64,000 bases of DNA from NCBI GenBank assembly GCA_963830915.1, contig CAWHOE010000057.1:1-64000 (forward strand), given 5' to 3'. Below the pieces are notes generated by a model. The model worked only from the letters and a program-made list of their open reading frames with translations. It ran no database searches and had not been told where the DNA came from. Both the position numbers and the translations under genes were made by a program. Of this stretch, positions 51,249 through 60,947 are shown piece by piece; within the stretch, counting starts at the first letter, position 1, and the number at the start of each line of letters is the position of its first letter. The stretch comes from a candidate division FCPU426 bacterium. Its GTDB lineage: Bacteria > Oederibacteriota > Muellerivitia > Muellerivitales > Muellerivitaceae.

Positions 51249-52267
51249 GCGCCGGATTTTTATTTAAACAGTTAGGACATATGAATATGAACCGAAAAAC
51301 ATTAGAGCATCTAATAATTCGCCAAAGAGGCACAGAGACACAGCAAAAGGCTTTTCTTTTGTTGTCTACGAAAACAAAAATACTATTTTTGGGATTACCT
51401 TTTCTTCTTTTGGCCTTTGTAAATTCCACCGTCCAGGCATCGCCCGCGTCCTATCTGGATATCGACCCTGCCGCCAGGCCAGCGGGGATGGGTTCCGCTT
51501 TCACCGGTCTGGCTGACGATGGTAACGCGGCCTTGTTCAATCCGGCGGGGTTGGCCACCATGGGCTTGAATGATTTCTTGGCCACAGGTTCGGTCGACCT
51601 TTTGAGCCTGGACCGCCTGCATAACTTCGCGAGCGTTTCCCAACAACTGCCTCCTAACAGCTATCTCGGATTCCATATCGATCAATACGGCGTGAACAAC
51701 ATCTTTGGCAGTGACACAAATGGATCATCGACCTCCAATTTGAATGATACGGAGTTGGATTGCGGGGCTTCGTATGCCATTGATCTGGGTTACCACTTCA
51801 AAGCCGGTATCAACGCCGGCTTTCTATATCAAAACCTGACCGGGACCCACGCCTATGGGTTCGATGGTGTGGATCTGGGCGTTCTGGTCGTTCCATCGAC
51901 TCTCTATGACCTGACTTTAGGGGCTTGTATCCACCATCTGGGCGGTTTTTTAGCCTGGGATACCGGGACAACCCAATACCTGAACCCCGATCTTCGGGCC
52001 GGGCTTAGTTATAAACTCTTCGACCAAACCGTGGTCGTTGCTTATGACGCTGAATCGACTTTGCAGGGCAGTTTCAAGATCATCCATCACGGCGGAGCGG
52101 AAGTTTGGTTCATCAAATATTTCGCTGTCCGCGGGGGTATCGATAATTCCAATCCAACCATGGGAGCGTCGTTTAGATATTTGAACTATGGGCTGGATTA
52201 CGCTTACGAATTCGAGTCGAACAACCTCGGGGACTCCCAAATGCTATCGTTCGATCTGATTTTTTAA
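51245..52267 (+). CDS. PorV/PorQ (UPF0164)-family outer-membrane barrel
   Basis: ARPAGMGSAFTGLADDGNAALFNPAGLA; LDYAY..LG.SQ.LS..L.F; the true start is probably later. Confidence 0.85.
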   Translation: MSAGFLFKQLGHMNMNRKTLEHLIIRQRGTETQQKAFLLLSTKTKILFLGLPFLLLAFVNSTVQASPASYLDIDPAARPAGMGSAFTGLADDGNAALFNPAGLATMGLNDFLATGSVDLLSLDRLHNFASVSQQLPPNSYLGFHIDQYGVNNIFGSDTNGSSTSNLNDTELDCGASYAIDLGYHFKAGINAGFLYQNLTGTHAYGFDGVDLGVLVVPSTLYDLTLGACIHHLGGFLAWDTGTTQYLNPDLRAGLSYKLFDQTVVVAYDAESTLQGSFKIIHHGGAEVWFIKYFAVRGGIDNSNPTMGASFRYLNYGLDYAYEFESNNLGDSQMLSFDLIF

Positions 52268-52282
52268 AAAGGGGATCGACTA

Positions 52283-53698
52283 ATGCCGAAAAATATAAAT
52301 AAACATCAAAAAGTTAACCACCAAGACACCAAAGCACCAAGAAAAAATAATTTTTTGGCCACAGAAAAACCTGAAAAAGATTTTTTTTCGTTTATCAGTA
52401 CACTTCTTTTCATTGGCATTTTCCTATTCCCGAAAGTCTCATTAAGCGCGGATCCAAACAACGGGCCAACGCCAAGCGTGACTCCGGTGGTCGATTCGGG
52501 TAAGGAAAAACGGGCCCTAGAGTTCTTAGAGAAGGGTGACGCCTATGAAAAGAAAGGATACTTAAATAAAGCCACTGAGTATTGGAAAATAGCCCTGGAG
52601 ATAGACCCCGATCTTTCGGAGGCGCGTGAAAAACTCACGCCATCCGGCCAGGAAACAGCCGTCAATGATTCGATCCACGATCTCAATAAAACCCAAGCGA
52701 TCAGTACACAAATCTCCAAAGCCCAGGACGCGTGTGAGCAAAAGAAGTACGATGTCGCGCAGGAAATACTGAAGAACCTTGAGTCGATAGCGCCTAATGA
52801 CCCTGGCGTGAAAAATCTAAGGACCGAGATCATTTTAGGCGATTTCAAGACGGACCCGGATCGGCCTTACAACCGTCTTGTTAAAAACTACTACGATAAC
52901 GCCTTGAAATATTACCGCCAAAAACACTATCCGGAATCATTGGACGCGATCGACCAGGCCCAACGCTTGGATCCGGATAATACCCAGGTGAAAAACTTGC
53001 TTGGGCTAATTCAAGACAGCAACTCGAGCCTTTTAACGGATAAAAATATCCAAGAGGCGAATAAAGAATGGAAGAACGGGGAAAGTCAAAAAGCCCTGTC
53101 GATCCTTGATAACGTATTGAAAATAAATCCCGATTCGCGCGCCGCTTTGGATCTGAAAAAACAGATCGAAGCGTCTACCGATCGACAAAACCGTGAAAGA
53201 ATCGCGAAAGGATTGGACGCGGCGAAAAAGGACGAGCAGAACAACCAATTCCTTGACGCGAAAAGTAAGTACACCGAAGTTTTAAAATTAGACCCCAAGA
53301 ATGACCAAGCCGCAAAAGGGTTGGAAAGGGTCACGGGTTATATAGACCCTGTTCAACAAAAGATCGCCAGTCTTGAAAAAGCCTTAAAAGCCAATCAGAA
53401 GGATAAAGCCAAAAAATATTACAACGAAATAAAGGAGCTTTCTCCCGACAACCCCAAACTGAGCGTTTGGAAAGCAAAAGTGGACGCTATGATCGATCCT
53501 ACCGCCGCAAAAGACACGACCGCTAAAACCGATGAAACATACAACTTGGGTTTGGATAGTTATCGGAAAGGGGATCTGGCTGACGCGAAAAAGTTCTGGG
53601 AAGAAACCCTTGAATTGGATCCTAATTATTCACAAGCTCAAAAAAACTTAGACCGTCTCTTGCAAGATCATCCCGAGCTAAAGTCCTCTTCAAATTAA
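52283..53698 (+). CDS. Exported TPR-repeat protein
   Basis: Hydrophobic leader; repeated A...W..AL.LDP.N..A. Confidence 0.85.
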   Translation: MPKNINKHQKVNHQDTKAPRKNNFLATEKPEKDFFSFISTLLFIGIFLFPKVSLSADPNNGPTPSVTPVVDSGKEKRALEFLEKGDAYEKKGYLNKATEYWKIALEIDPDLSEAREKLTPSGQETAVNDSIHDLNKTQAISTQISKAQDACEQKKYDVAQEILKNLESIAPNDPGVKNLRTEIILGDFKTDPDRPYNRLVKNYYDNALKYYRQKHYPESLDAIDQAQRLDPDNTQVKNLLGLIQDSNSSLLTDKNIQEANKEWKNGESQKALSILDNVLKINPDSRAALDLKKQIEASTDRQNRERIAKGLDAAKKDEQNNQFLDAKSKYTEVLKLDPKNDQAAKGLERVTGYIDPVQQKIASLEKALKANQKDKAKKYYNEIKELSPDNPKLSVWKAKVDAMIDPTAAKDTTAKTDETYNLGLDSYRKGDLADAKKFWEETLELDPNYSQAQKNLDRLLQDHPELKSSSN

Positions 53699-53882
53699 AT
53701 GCATTACCAAAAATTCACCACAGAGGCACAGAGGGCACGGAAAAAGCTTTGTTATTTATATCCACAAATACCGCTCTCCAAGAAACAGTAATCCCATTGC
53801 CAAGATTGTCAGATCAAAGATTTAAATCTTTAGGATAAAAGGAACGGCTTAAGCCGAATTGGCAACTGATGTGCCGTTTTAT

Positions 53883-54438
53883 AAAACTTGCCAGAAACCC
53901 CCAGGCTTTTAAGCCTGGGGATGAATGGCTGCCCGGAGGTTCGGCAGAATTTTTGCCGAACCGCAGGCAAAAAAATATGGCATGCTCTGGGCATGACGAA
54001 ATACTGGATAGGGGCACATACTAAGCACCGTCTGCAATTTCATCTCATTTGGATACCCAAGTATCGGAAACGAGTCCTGGCAGGCAAAGTGGTCGTCCGC
54101 CTGCAAGAGCTATTTTGGGAGGCGGCCCAAGTTAACCGATGGGAAATACACGAGCTTAATATTCAGCGAGATCACGTTCATATGCTTATCCAGGTTGAGC
54201 CAAGTGTAAGCGTGGCCCAAGTTGTTCAAGTACTGAAGGGTGGAACAAGTATCAAAATCAGGCAAGAATTTCCCGAAATGGAAGAGTTACTATGGGGAAC
54301 GAGTTTTTGGGCGGACGGGTACTTTGTGGAAAGTATTGGGACGGTGCAGGAAGAAATGATTCGTAAGTATATCCGAGAGCAAGACCAAAGCAGGCCGAAA
54401 GGCTGAAACCCCGGGCTTTTGCCCGGGGAGTAGCTTCA
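53883..54438 (+). mobile_element. IS200/IS605-family element, tnpA only
   Basis: Subterminal hairpins CCCCAGGC-TTTTAA-GCCTGGGG and CCCCGGGC-TTTT-GCCCGGGG; right end GAGTAGCTTCA; left boundary approximate. Confidence 0.85.
53993..54406 (+). CDS. tnpA: Y1 HUH transposase TnpA
   Basis: HLIWIPKYRK, DHVHML, LKG.TS, FWADGYF, KYIREQ. Confidence 0.93.
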   Translation: MTKYWIGAHTKHRLQFHLIWIPKYRKRVLAGKVVVRLQELFWEAAQVNRWEIHELNIQRDHVHMLIQVEPSVSVAQVVQVLKGGTSIKIRQEFPEMEELLWGTSFWADGYFVESIGTVQEEMIRKYIREQDQSRPKG

Positions 54439-54474
54439 TTAATGACTAACAGAGCTTAAATTTGGAGAATTTAT

Positions 54475-54798
54475 ATGCACCTTCGACCAGAAGAAGTAAC
54501 TACATGGTTTGTAGATGAAATTGATTCAGTTAAAAAGAAAGCTTATGAAATATTCGCGATGCCCGAAGGGGAAATTTTGAAAGGCATCTATGCAAGACTA
54601 AAAGAAAAATTGGAAACTTATCCTCCGGATCAAAAGTTCTTTTCAATCCCTCGGATGGATCTAAACACTAATACCTTTTGGGTCAGAAGCGAGAACAATC
54701 GATTACTTATAAGGGCCAAATACTTCGTTTGGGCAGAAACCTGTGTAATTGATAAGTTTTATCTATCGGAAGAGAGACCCGCTGACCTTGAGTTGTAG
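54475..54798 (+). CDS. Hypothetical protein (possible RelE-like fold)
   Basis: GGAG RBS; helices followed by beta strands; fold call is weak. Confidence 0.55.
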   Translation: MHLRPEEVTTWFVDEIDSVKKKAYEIFAMPEGEILKGIYARLKEKLETYPPDQKFFSIPRMDLNTNTFWVRSENNRLLIRAKYFVWAETCVIDKFYLSEERPADLEL

Positions 54799-54846
54799 CT
54801 ACAAGAGAGCTACAATGTTGCTGAAAGCTAAGAAAAGGAGGCTGTT

Positions 54847-55254
54847 ATGTCCTCAATCGCGCATAAAGATCATAAAACCAATCCCGCGCAAGTTAAGGCT
54901 GTTGGCGTTAGGCGTCATCGGATCAATCCATTGAAAAATAACAAAGCGACTTTAAGAGGATCGAGGGACATAACATTGCGTTTTCGTGTCCACGCCAGCC
55001 AAAAACAATACTGGTTCAAAGCCTTGGCCAAGTTAGGCGTAGAGGATTTTTCCACCTATGCCCGTGCCGCCGTTGAACGGGCCATTACCCAGGACCTGCG
55101 GTCCTTGGAACCCCAATGGCAAGAATTCGTGAAGGCTATACAACCGATCGCGAAAGAAAAATTGGGTGTTCAGGTCAGCGATGATCCCAAAGACAGACTC
55201 GAAAATATGGATGAGGTTAACAAAGTCTTGGCTAAACGCCGTTTAAAGCCATAG
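54847..55254 (+). CDS. Ribbon-helix-helix-like protein
   Basis: AGGAGG RBS; ITLRFRV..QK..WFKALAKLG..FSTYARAAVERAI. Confidence 0.55.
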   Translation: MSSIAHKDHKTNPAQVKAVGVRRHRINPLKNNKATLRGSRDITLRFRVHASQKQYWFKALAKLGVEDFSTYARAAVERAITQDLRSLEPQWQEFVKAIQPIAKEKLGVQVSDDPKDRLENMDEVNKVLAKRRLKP

Positions 55255-55482
55255 TGGTACTTTTCGATCTTTCCCCCTTTTCTTGATGAATCGCGAAAGA
55301 AGAAGGGAGCACCCCTGTTTACGATCAACATTTTCAAGTAGATGAAATGGGGCAGGCAGCCTGTTCCTTAATAATCTTCTTAAAAAGTTCGAAGAACGTT
55401 CTTTTTTCCATGAAACTTTATCGTAACCCCACGATTCTTTCAGGAACTTTGAGTCGCGGGCCTTTATCTGACCTGTTTTTCT

Positions 55483-56052
55483 TTGAGGACAGCCTGCTAT
55501 AATCCAACCACTTTGAAACCGAATACAGAGACAGAAAGCCGACCATTGGCCAACCTTAGATACCGCCGGGCAAAGCCCCATGACGCCCGGGACATCGTCA
55601 AACTGATAGGGCATTTTTCCGTCAAAGGGGTGATGCTGCCCCGCCCTTACACCGAGATCGTGGAAAAAATACGCGACTTCACCGTGGCCATGGAAAACGA
55701 CGGCTATAACACCACCCTGCGGGGCATCGTTGCGCTTCACACAGTGGGCGAGGACATGGCCGAAATAAGAAGCCTGGCGGTGGATGAGACCTGTCATGGC
55801 AGGGGCATCGGCAAGACCCTGGTGGGTTACTGCATACGGGACGGGCTGGAAATGGGCTTGCACCGCATCTTCACCCTGACCTACCAGACCGAGTTCTTCG
55901 GCAAGATGGGTTTTGAGAAGGTCGAAAAGATGACCCTGCCCCAAAAGATATGGGGCGATTGCATCCATTGCGCCAAATTCACCGACTGCGACGAGGTGGC
56001 CATGATCGTCAACCTGGCCGACGCGCCGAGCCATGAAAAAGGGGACTCATGA
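55483..56052 (+). CDS. argA: Short GNAT N-acetylglutamate synthase-like protein
   Basis: MLPRP..EI.E.IRDF, AEIRSLAV, GRGIG, FTLTYQ.EFF, LPQKIWGDC..C.KF..CDE.AM; start uncertain. Confidence 0.85.
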   Translation: MRTACYNPTTLKPNTETESRPLANLRYRRAKPHDARDIVKLIGHFSVKGVMLPRPYTEIVEKIRDFTVAMENDGYNTTLRGIVALHTVGEDMAEIRSLAVDETCHGRGIGKTLVGYCIRDGLEMGLHRIFTLTYQTEFFGKMGFEKVEKMTLPQKIWGDCIHCAKFTDCDEVAMIVNLADAPSHEKGDS

Positions 56053-56777
56053 CCGCCGATTCCGCCACCAAGCCACGCCAGCCCTCCGCCCGGCCCAGCA
56101 CCTGGCGACTGGTAGCCAGCTGGTACGTGGACCTGCTCATCTGCGGGTTCCTGGCCTGGGTGGTCTGCTTCACCTTCGGCTGGCAATCCAGCCTGACCTT
56201 CTTGACCCTCATCCTTTGGTTCGGCGAGACCCTCTATTGCCGGGACAGGCTCAACCCCACTGCGGGGGAGTACTGCTTGGGTATCCGCTACCTGACCTCT
56301 TCTTCCAGCCAGGTGGTGGCCGACATCCAGATCATCCATAAAAAACTGGTGCTCAACGCCTATATCCTCATCGCCGGTGTGGTGGACCTGACACTGGCTA
56401 TCCTTTGCTTCTGCGGATGGACCTTCTTCAGCCGTTCGGTGGTCTGCGGCATCATCATCAGCCCCCCCGGGTCGCTCATCTATTGGATCGTGGCGGGCCT
56501 GGCCCTGTTCTTTTGCAGTGGGTCGCTTTTGTCCGGCTCCAAGACCGCCCTCTGGATCGTGCCACTGTTCCACGCCCTGTTCTTCGTGGACTTCTTCCTC
56601 AGCTACACCGTCTGGAAGCAGTTGATGATGGACAGCATGTTCTACACGCCTTATGTGTCCGTCGCCCTCATCACCCTGGCCAAGACCCAGAACCACCTGT
56701 TCTTGAACCTGATCGGTTTCTGGAGCGCCTTCATCGTGGGCGTGGTGGCCTTTTCACGGAAACACCTGATCAATTGA
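56049..56777 (+). CDS. RDD-like membrane protein
   Basis: WRLVASWYVDLLI, TAGEYCLGIR; multiple TM segments. Confidence 0.55.
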   Translation: MTADSATKPRQPSARPSTWRLVASWYVDLLICGFLAWVVCFTFGWQSSLTFLTLILWFGETLYCRDRLNPTAGEYCLGIRYLTSSSSQVVADIQIIHKKLVLNAYILIAGVVDLTLAILCFCGWTFFSRSVVCGIIISPPGSLIYWIVAGLALFFCSGSLLSGSKTALWIVPLFHALFFVDFFLSYTVWKQLMMDSMFYTPYVSVALITLAKTQNHLFLNLIGFWSAFIVGVVAFSRKHLIN

Positions 56778-56784
56778 GGCATTC

Positions 56785-57633
56785 ATGAATATCGGCCAAT
56801 GGATCCAACGGCAATCTAAAGCCCAGATCATTCTATTGGCGACATCCCTTTTCCTTTTGGATGAGGCCATCGACTATGTCACTGGCCCGGAACTGAACGT
56901 CTCTTTCCTGCACCTGATACCGGTCTTTCTGGTCGTCTGGAACGCCGGGTTGATCCCTGGGTTGGTTTATTCTGTCTTCTGCACCTTCGTGATCTTCTTC
57001 ATCAGCATCCACTCCCTTTTCACGGTCTCGATCGCGGTGCAGGGTTTCAACGCCGGGGCCAACTTGGTATTCCTCAGCGCTTTCGCCCTGGTCCTGAATT
57101 ACCTGAAGAAATACCTGGATAACATCACCTACCTGGCGGAAGTGGATGGCCTGACCGAATTGTTGAACGCCCGATCCTTTTGGAAACGAGCCCAACAGGA
57201 AATCAAGATTTCAACCGAGAAGAAACTGCCCTTTACCCTCATCTACATCGACGTGGACAACTTCAAGCAGGTGAACGATACGATGGGCCATGGCGCGGGG
57301 GACGAGGTTTTAAGAACGATAGGGAAGTTCCTAAATTCCCATTTCCGAAAGGATGATATCCGCACCAGGATCGGCGGGGATGAGTTCGCCGTCCTATTGC
57401 CTGGCTATTCCACGAAGGAAGCGGAGACCGAGATACCCAAATTTCACCAGCAGATGAACCAAGCGTTGGGAAAGCATCATTCCACGGTCACTTGTAGTGT
57501 GGGAGCCGTCACTTTCCTGGAAGCCCCTGTCAGCGTCCAGACCGCCATCTCCGAGGCGGATAAGTTGATGTACCAGGTCAAGATGAACGGCAAGAACAAT
57601 TACCTGTTGAGGGCTTACCCCGCGAAGGATTAA
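56785..57633 (+). CDS. Membrane-bound GGDEF diguanylate cyclase
   Basis: N-terminal TM segments; DVDNFKQVND.MGH, RKDD I-site, GGDEF. Confidence 0.92.
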   Translation: MNIGQWIQRQSKAQIILLATSLFLLDEAIDYVTGPELNVSFLHLIPVFLVVWNAGLIPGLVYSVFCTFVIFFISIHSLFTVSIAVQGFNAGANLVFLSAFALVLNYLKKYLDNITYLAEVDGLTELLNARSFWKRAQQEIKISTEKKLPFTLIYIDVDNFKQVNDTMGHGAGDEVLRTIGKFLNSHFRKDDIRTRIGGDEFAVLLPGYSTKEAETEIPKFHQQMNQALGKHHSTVTCSVGAVTFLEAPVSVQTAISEADKLMYQVKMNGKNNYLLRAYPAKD

Positions 57634-57788
57634 AGTCGTTGTCTTTTCAAGGAAACATCCTATCAATTAACACCTGCCTACTATTCCACGGAATAAATCC
57701 CCATTTTCCGATCTATTCTGCGGATCGCCTTACATTCCAGAATTTGATATAAAAGTGGCAAGAGATGTCATCATTATGGAGGGGAAAA

Positions 57789-57988
57789 TGAAGATCACGA
57801 CCCATATCGATGAGGGACTTTTGAAAAAAGTCAAACGGATAACGGGATTCGATACTCATCGGGAAGTCCTGGAAGCCGGCTTGCGCAACTTATTGGCGGA
57901 CAACCAACGTAATAGTTTCGTGAAAAACTTTGATAAGTACTGCCTCGATTTCACACCTAAATTGCTTAAGGTGTCTAGGGGTACATGA
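57789..57988 (+). CDS. VapB-type RHH antitoxin (no toxin adjacent)
   Basis: MKITTHIDEGLLKKVKRITG..THREVLEAGLRNLL; GGAGG RBS. Confidence 0.7.
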
Positions 57989-58218
57989 TATCTATGAAAA
58001 AAGAATATGATTTTTCAAAAGCCGAGGTTCATAGAGGCTCTCTTTTGAATTCCAAGGGTTCTAATATCCGGAAGATCTTCCACATCCTCGTGAACACGAT
58101 CTTAAAACGCGAAATATCGAGAAATAATAATTTAGAGAAAAAACATCGCCAAGGTTACCAATCCAAGCCAGTCCAACGTGAAGAAGTTGGGGCCTGGGAA
58201 AAAGAACAAATTTGGTGA
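57985..58218 (+). pseudogene. Apparent chimera of antitoxin fragments
   Basis: MKKEYDFSKA (BrnA-like start) and LEKKHRQGY..KPV..EE...WEKEQIW (tail resembling RHH antitoxins). Confidence 0.45.
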
Positions 58219-58369
58219 GAATATCGATCCGAATCAAAAAGTACGTCAAGTTGTTCAATTTGCTTTAGGTCATGATAGCTGGGTCTCGATTTTTAATAAC
58301 GATAAGGTTACTTTGACAGCTGTGTAAGCCGAGTAAATAAAAGTCTATAGAATTCAATCGAGGCTGGAA

Positions 58370-59728
58370 ATGGAATCCCCGCAGACAAACACGAATCCGA
58401 AAGCGCTCCTGTTTTCGGTCAGAACGCCCAAGGTGACCGAAACCGAGGCGATGGAATCGATGATCGAACTCGAACGGCTGGTGACGACCTTAGGTTACGA
58501 GGTGACCGGGACTATGTCCCAGCGGCAACCCAGCACATCAGGGGTCGCTGTGGTCGGTGAGGGTAAATTGATGGAGATCGCCCAACGCACCGTCGGAAAG
58601 GGTGCCCAGGATGGGGTAAAGGGGGACTCGCTTGCGTCCCAACCCCTTAGTTCGGGGATTTCGCCCCTTTCAGGGACTCAACAGGCACAAGACCCGGCCG
58701 TAACCCCTGAAGGACTGGCGACTATGGTCGTATTTGACTGTGATCTCAGTCCGTCCCAGATCCGGAACGTCGAAACAGCCGTGGGAGTTCCGGTGCTCGA
58801 TCGGACCGGGGTGATCATCGAGATCTTCAACCGGCACGCGAAGACCCGGGCGGCCCGACTACAGGTCGATATCGCGCGCCAAACCTACCAGGCGCCCCGT
58901 CTGCGGGATGTGGGGGTGGGAAAGGGGCACCAGTCCGGCCGGGGAACCGGGGAAACCGTCATCGAGACGGAAAAGCGAAAAGTCCGCGACCGGCTGGCTG
59001 AGCTGAGGCACGAGTTACAAGCGGTTCAAAGAGAAGAAGAGCATCGCCGGATGAAGCGCGCCGAACTGCTCGGCGCCGCGCTGGTGGGCTACACGAATGC
59101 CGGAAAATCATCCCTCATGCGGGCTCTGACCGGCAGCGATGTCCTGGTGGAGGACAAACTCTTCGCGACCCTGGATACAACGGTTCGCGCCCTGCAGCCA
59201 GAGACCCAGCCGAGGATCCTGATCGCCGATACGGTTGGTTTTATCCACAAGCTTCCACACGATCTGGTGGCGTCCTTCCGCTCCACGCTGGATGAGGCCC
59301 GCGCCGCGTCCCTGTTGCTTTACGTGGTGGACGCCTCTGACCGCAACTTTCGTTCGCAGCTCTCGGTGGTTCGGGAAGTCTTGGGTGATATTGGCGCCGC
59401 CACAACGCCCTATCTTCTTATCCTCAATAAGGCCGACCGCTTGAGCGAATGGCAGAAGCAGGTTCTCGGGGCGGAGTATCCGAACGCTGTTTTAACCTCG
59501 ACCCGCAGTCCCGAGGACATGCGGACCGTCAGTGAACGCATTGTCCACTTTTTCGAGAAGGACATGATCGAAAAGGAGATCCTCGTTCCCTATAAATCGC
59601 AAGGAGTCATCAGTGAAATGCGTTTGAATATGAAGATCTTGAAGGAGAGCTTTACCGAAGAAGGGGTTCTATTGCTTGTTCGCTCTCGTCCGCTCGACCT
59701 TCAGCGCTTGATTAAAATGGTGAAGTAA
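58370..59728 (+). CDS. hflX: GTPase HflX
   Basis: VLDRTGVIIEIF..HAKT, LVGYTNAGKSSL, DKLFATLDTT, DTVGFI, NKAD. Confidence 0.95.
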   Translation: MESPQTNTNPKALLFSVRTPKVTETEAMESMIELERLVTTLGYEVTGTMSQRQPSTSGVAVVGEGKLMEIAQRTVGKGAQDGVKGDSLASQPLSSGISPLSGTQQAQDPAVTPEGLATMVVFDCDLSPSQIRNVETAVGVPVLDRTGVIIEIFNRHAKTRAARLQVDIARQTYQAPRLRDVGVGKGHQSGRGTGETVIETEKRKVRDRLAELRHELQAVQREEEHRRMKRAELLGAALVGYTNAGKSSLMRALTGSDVLVEDKLFATLDTTVRALQPETQPRILIADTVGFIHKLPHDLVASFRSTLDEARAASLLLYVVDASDRNFRSQLSVVREVLGDIGAATTPYLLILNKADRLSEWQKQVLGAEYPNAVLTSTRSPEDMRTVSERIVHFFEKDMIEKEILVPYKSQGVISEMRLNMKILKESFTEEGVLLLVRSRPLDLQRLIKMVK

Positions 59729-59800
59729 ATATCGGGGTCAGGCCAACCCTTTTTTACGCTTCTTACCGTTGTGGAAAAAATTAAATCCAAAGGTTAAAAA

Positions 59801-60085
59801 ATGATGAAAAACAAGAAGCGCGAAGACGCCAAAGCACTGATTTCTTCCGTCAGGAATATTCTCTTTAACGATTGGGACCCTCTGAATGTTTCAGGCGCGA
59901 TGAAAACGAAAGATGAATACGATTATTTGATCGGCAAAGTGATTGAATTATTAAGACAAAAACCGTCACTGGAGCGGATCGTGGAATTTTTGATGGAGGA
60001 AGAAAAGGGATTGGGCTGCATTCACGACCCTAAAAATACGAAAAATGCCGCTTCCAAACTAAATTTAATCTCGGATGAGATGTGA
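59801..60085 (+). CDS. Small hypothetical protein (WDPL..DEYD motif)
   Basis: ILFNDWDPLNV....KDEYD.LIG.V. Confidence 0.65.
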   Translation: MMKNKKREDAKALISSVRNILFNDWDPLNVSGAMKTKDEYDYLIGKVIELLRQKPSLERIVEFLMEEEKGLGCIHDPKNTKNAASKLNLISDEM

Positions 60086-60187
60086 AAGAGTTATTCATGA
60101 CTGCCGTGCCCTGTAGTGACCAAGGGGCTACTACAGGGGGACTCGAATTGGACACAAATAATATGCGGTAAGCTAAGGAGAGCCTTC

Positions 60188-60766
60188 ATGTTGGATGACC
60201 TGAAACGTAAAGCCATCGCGGATCTGTGGAAACGTAAATTGGACCAGGATTCGCGCAAGCTTCCCAAGTCGGACCGACACCGCAACTTGGAACCTGATTC
60301 CGCCGAGTTCATCTGCGCCTTGGCCGAAGGATGTCACTCCAAAAGGCTATTGGAAATCGGCGGCTCGAGCGGCATTTCCACCATCGCGCTTGCTTCCGCG
60401 TCGCGGCAAACAGGGGGAAGCCTCACCTCCCTTGAGATCGAACCAGCCCGACAAGCGGAGTCGAAGAATACGATCAGCGCGCTGGGCCTGCAAGACTGGG
60501 TCAATTACCGATTGGGAGACGCCGGAAAGATCATTCCGGAACTCGGGGAGATGGATTTTGTCCTGATCGATTGTGAAAAAGAAGATTACATTCGTTTTTT
60601 CGACATGCTTCACCTGGCCCCTGGGGCGGTCGTGGTCGCGGATAACATCATTTCCCACAACTTGACCGATTACATTTCACATGTACGAAAACGGGGAAAC
60701 GTGGAATCGATCACCCTTCCTATCGGCAAGGGCCTGGAGATTACCCGTGTAGGTGCCGTTCAATAA
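60188..60766 (+). CDS. Class I SAM-dependent O-methyltransferase
   Basis: AAGGAG RBS; LLEIGGSSGIST, DFVLIDCEK.DY, VVADNI, PIGKGLEI. Confidence 0.88.
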   Translation: MLDDLKRKAIADLWKRKLDQDSRKLPKSDRHRNLEPDSAEFICALAEGCHSKRLLEIGGSSGISTIALASASRQTGGSLTSLEIEPARQAESKNTISALGLQDWVNYRLGDAGKIIPELGEMDFVLIDCEKEDYIRFFDMLHLAPGAVVVADNIISHNLTDYISHVRKRGNVESITLPIGKGLEITRVGAVQ

Positions 60767-60849
60767 AAGGGGAACAGGGTTCAGGCCCACGCCCCGCTTG
60801 GCCGCCTTTTCCCGCAAACCCCTGCGTTAACACCCGCCACCTTTTTCGC

Positions 60850-60879
60850 GGAATAAATCCCTCTTTTTGAAGTCTTATA
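60850..60879 (+). promoter_or_regulatory. Putative ECF promoter (copy 2)
   Basis: GGAATA-N16-GTCTTATA. Confidence 0.55.
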
Positions 60880-60947
60880 GGTTAAGGAAGCAAGTCTAAT
60901 CGTTCAAAAATCGATGCTATAATTCAGACATTACCTATCGGGAGTGT

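Noticed and set aside
54847..56052. RHH plus GNAT toxin-antitoxin pair
   Set aside because: The GNAT has the short ArgA signature and its own extended -10 (TGCTATAAT), and is not coupled to the RHH gene.
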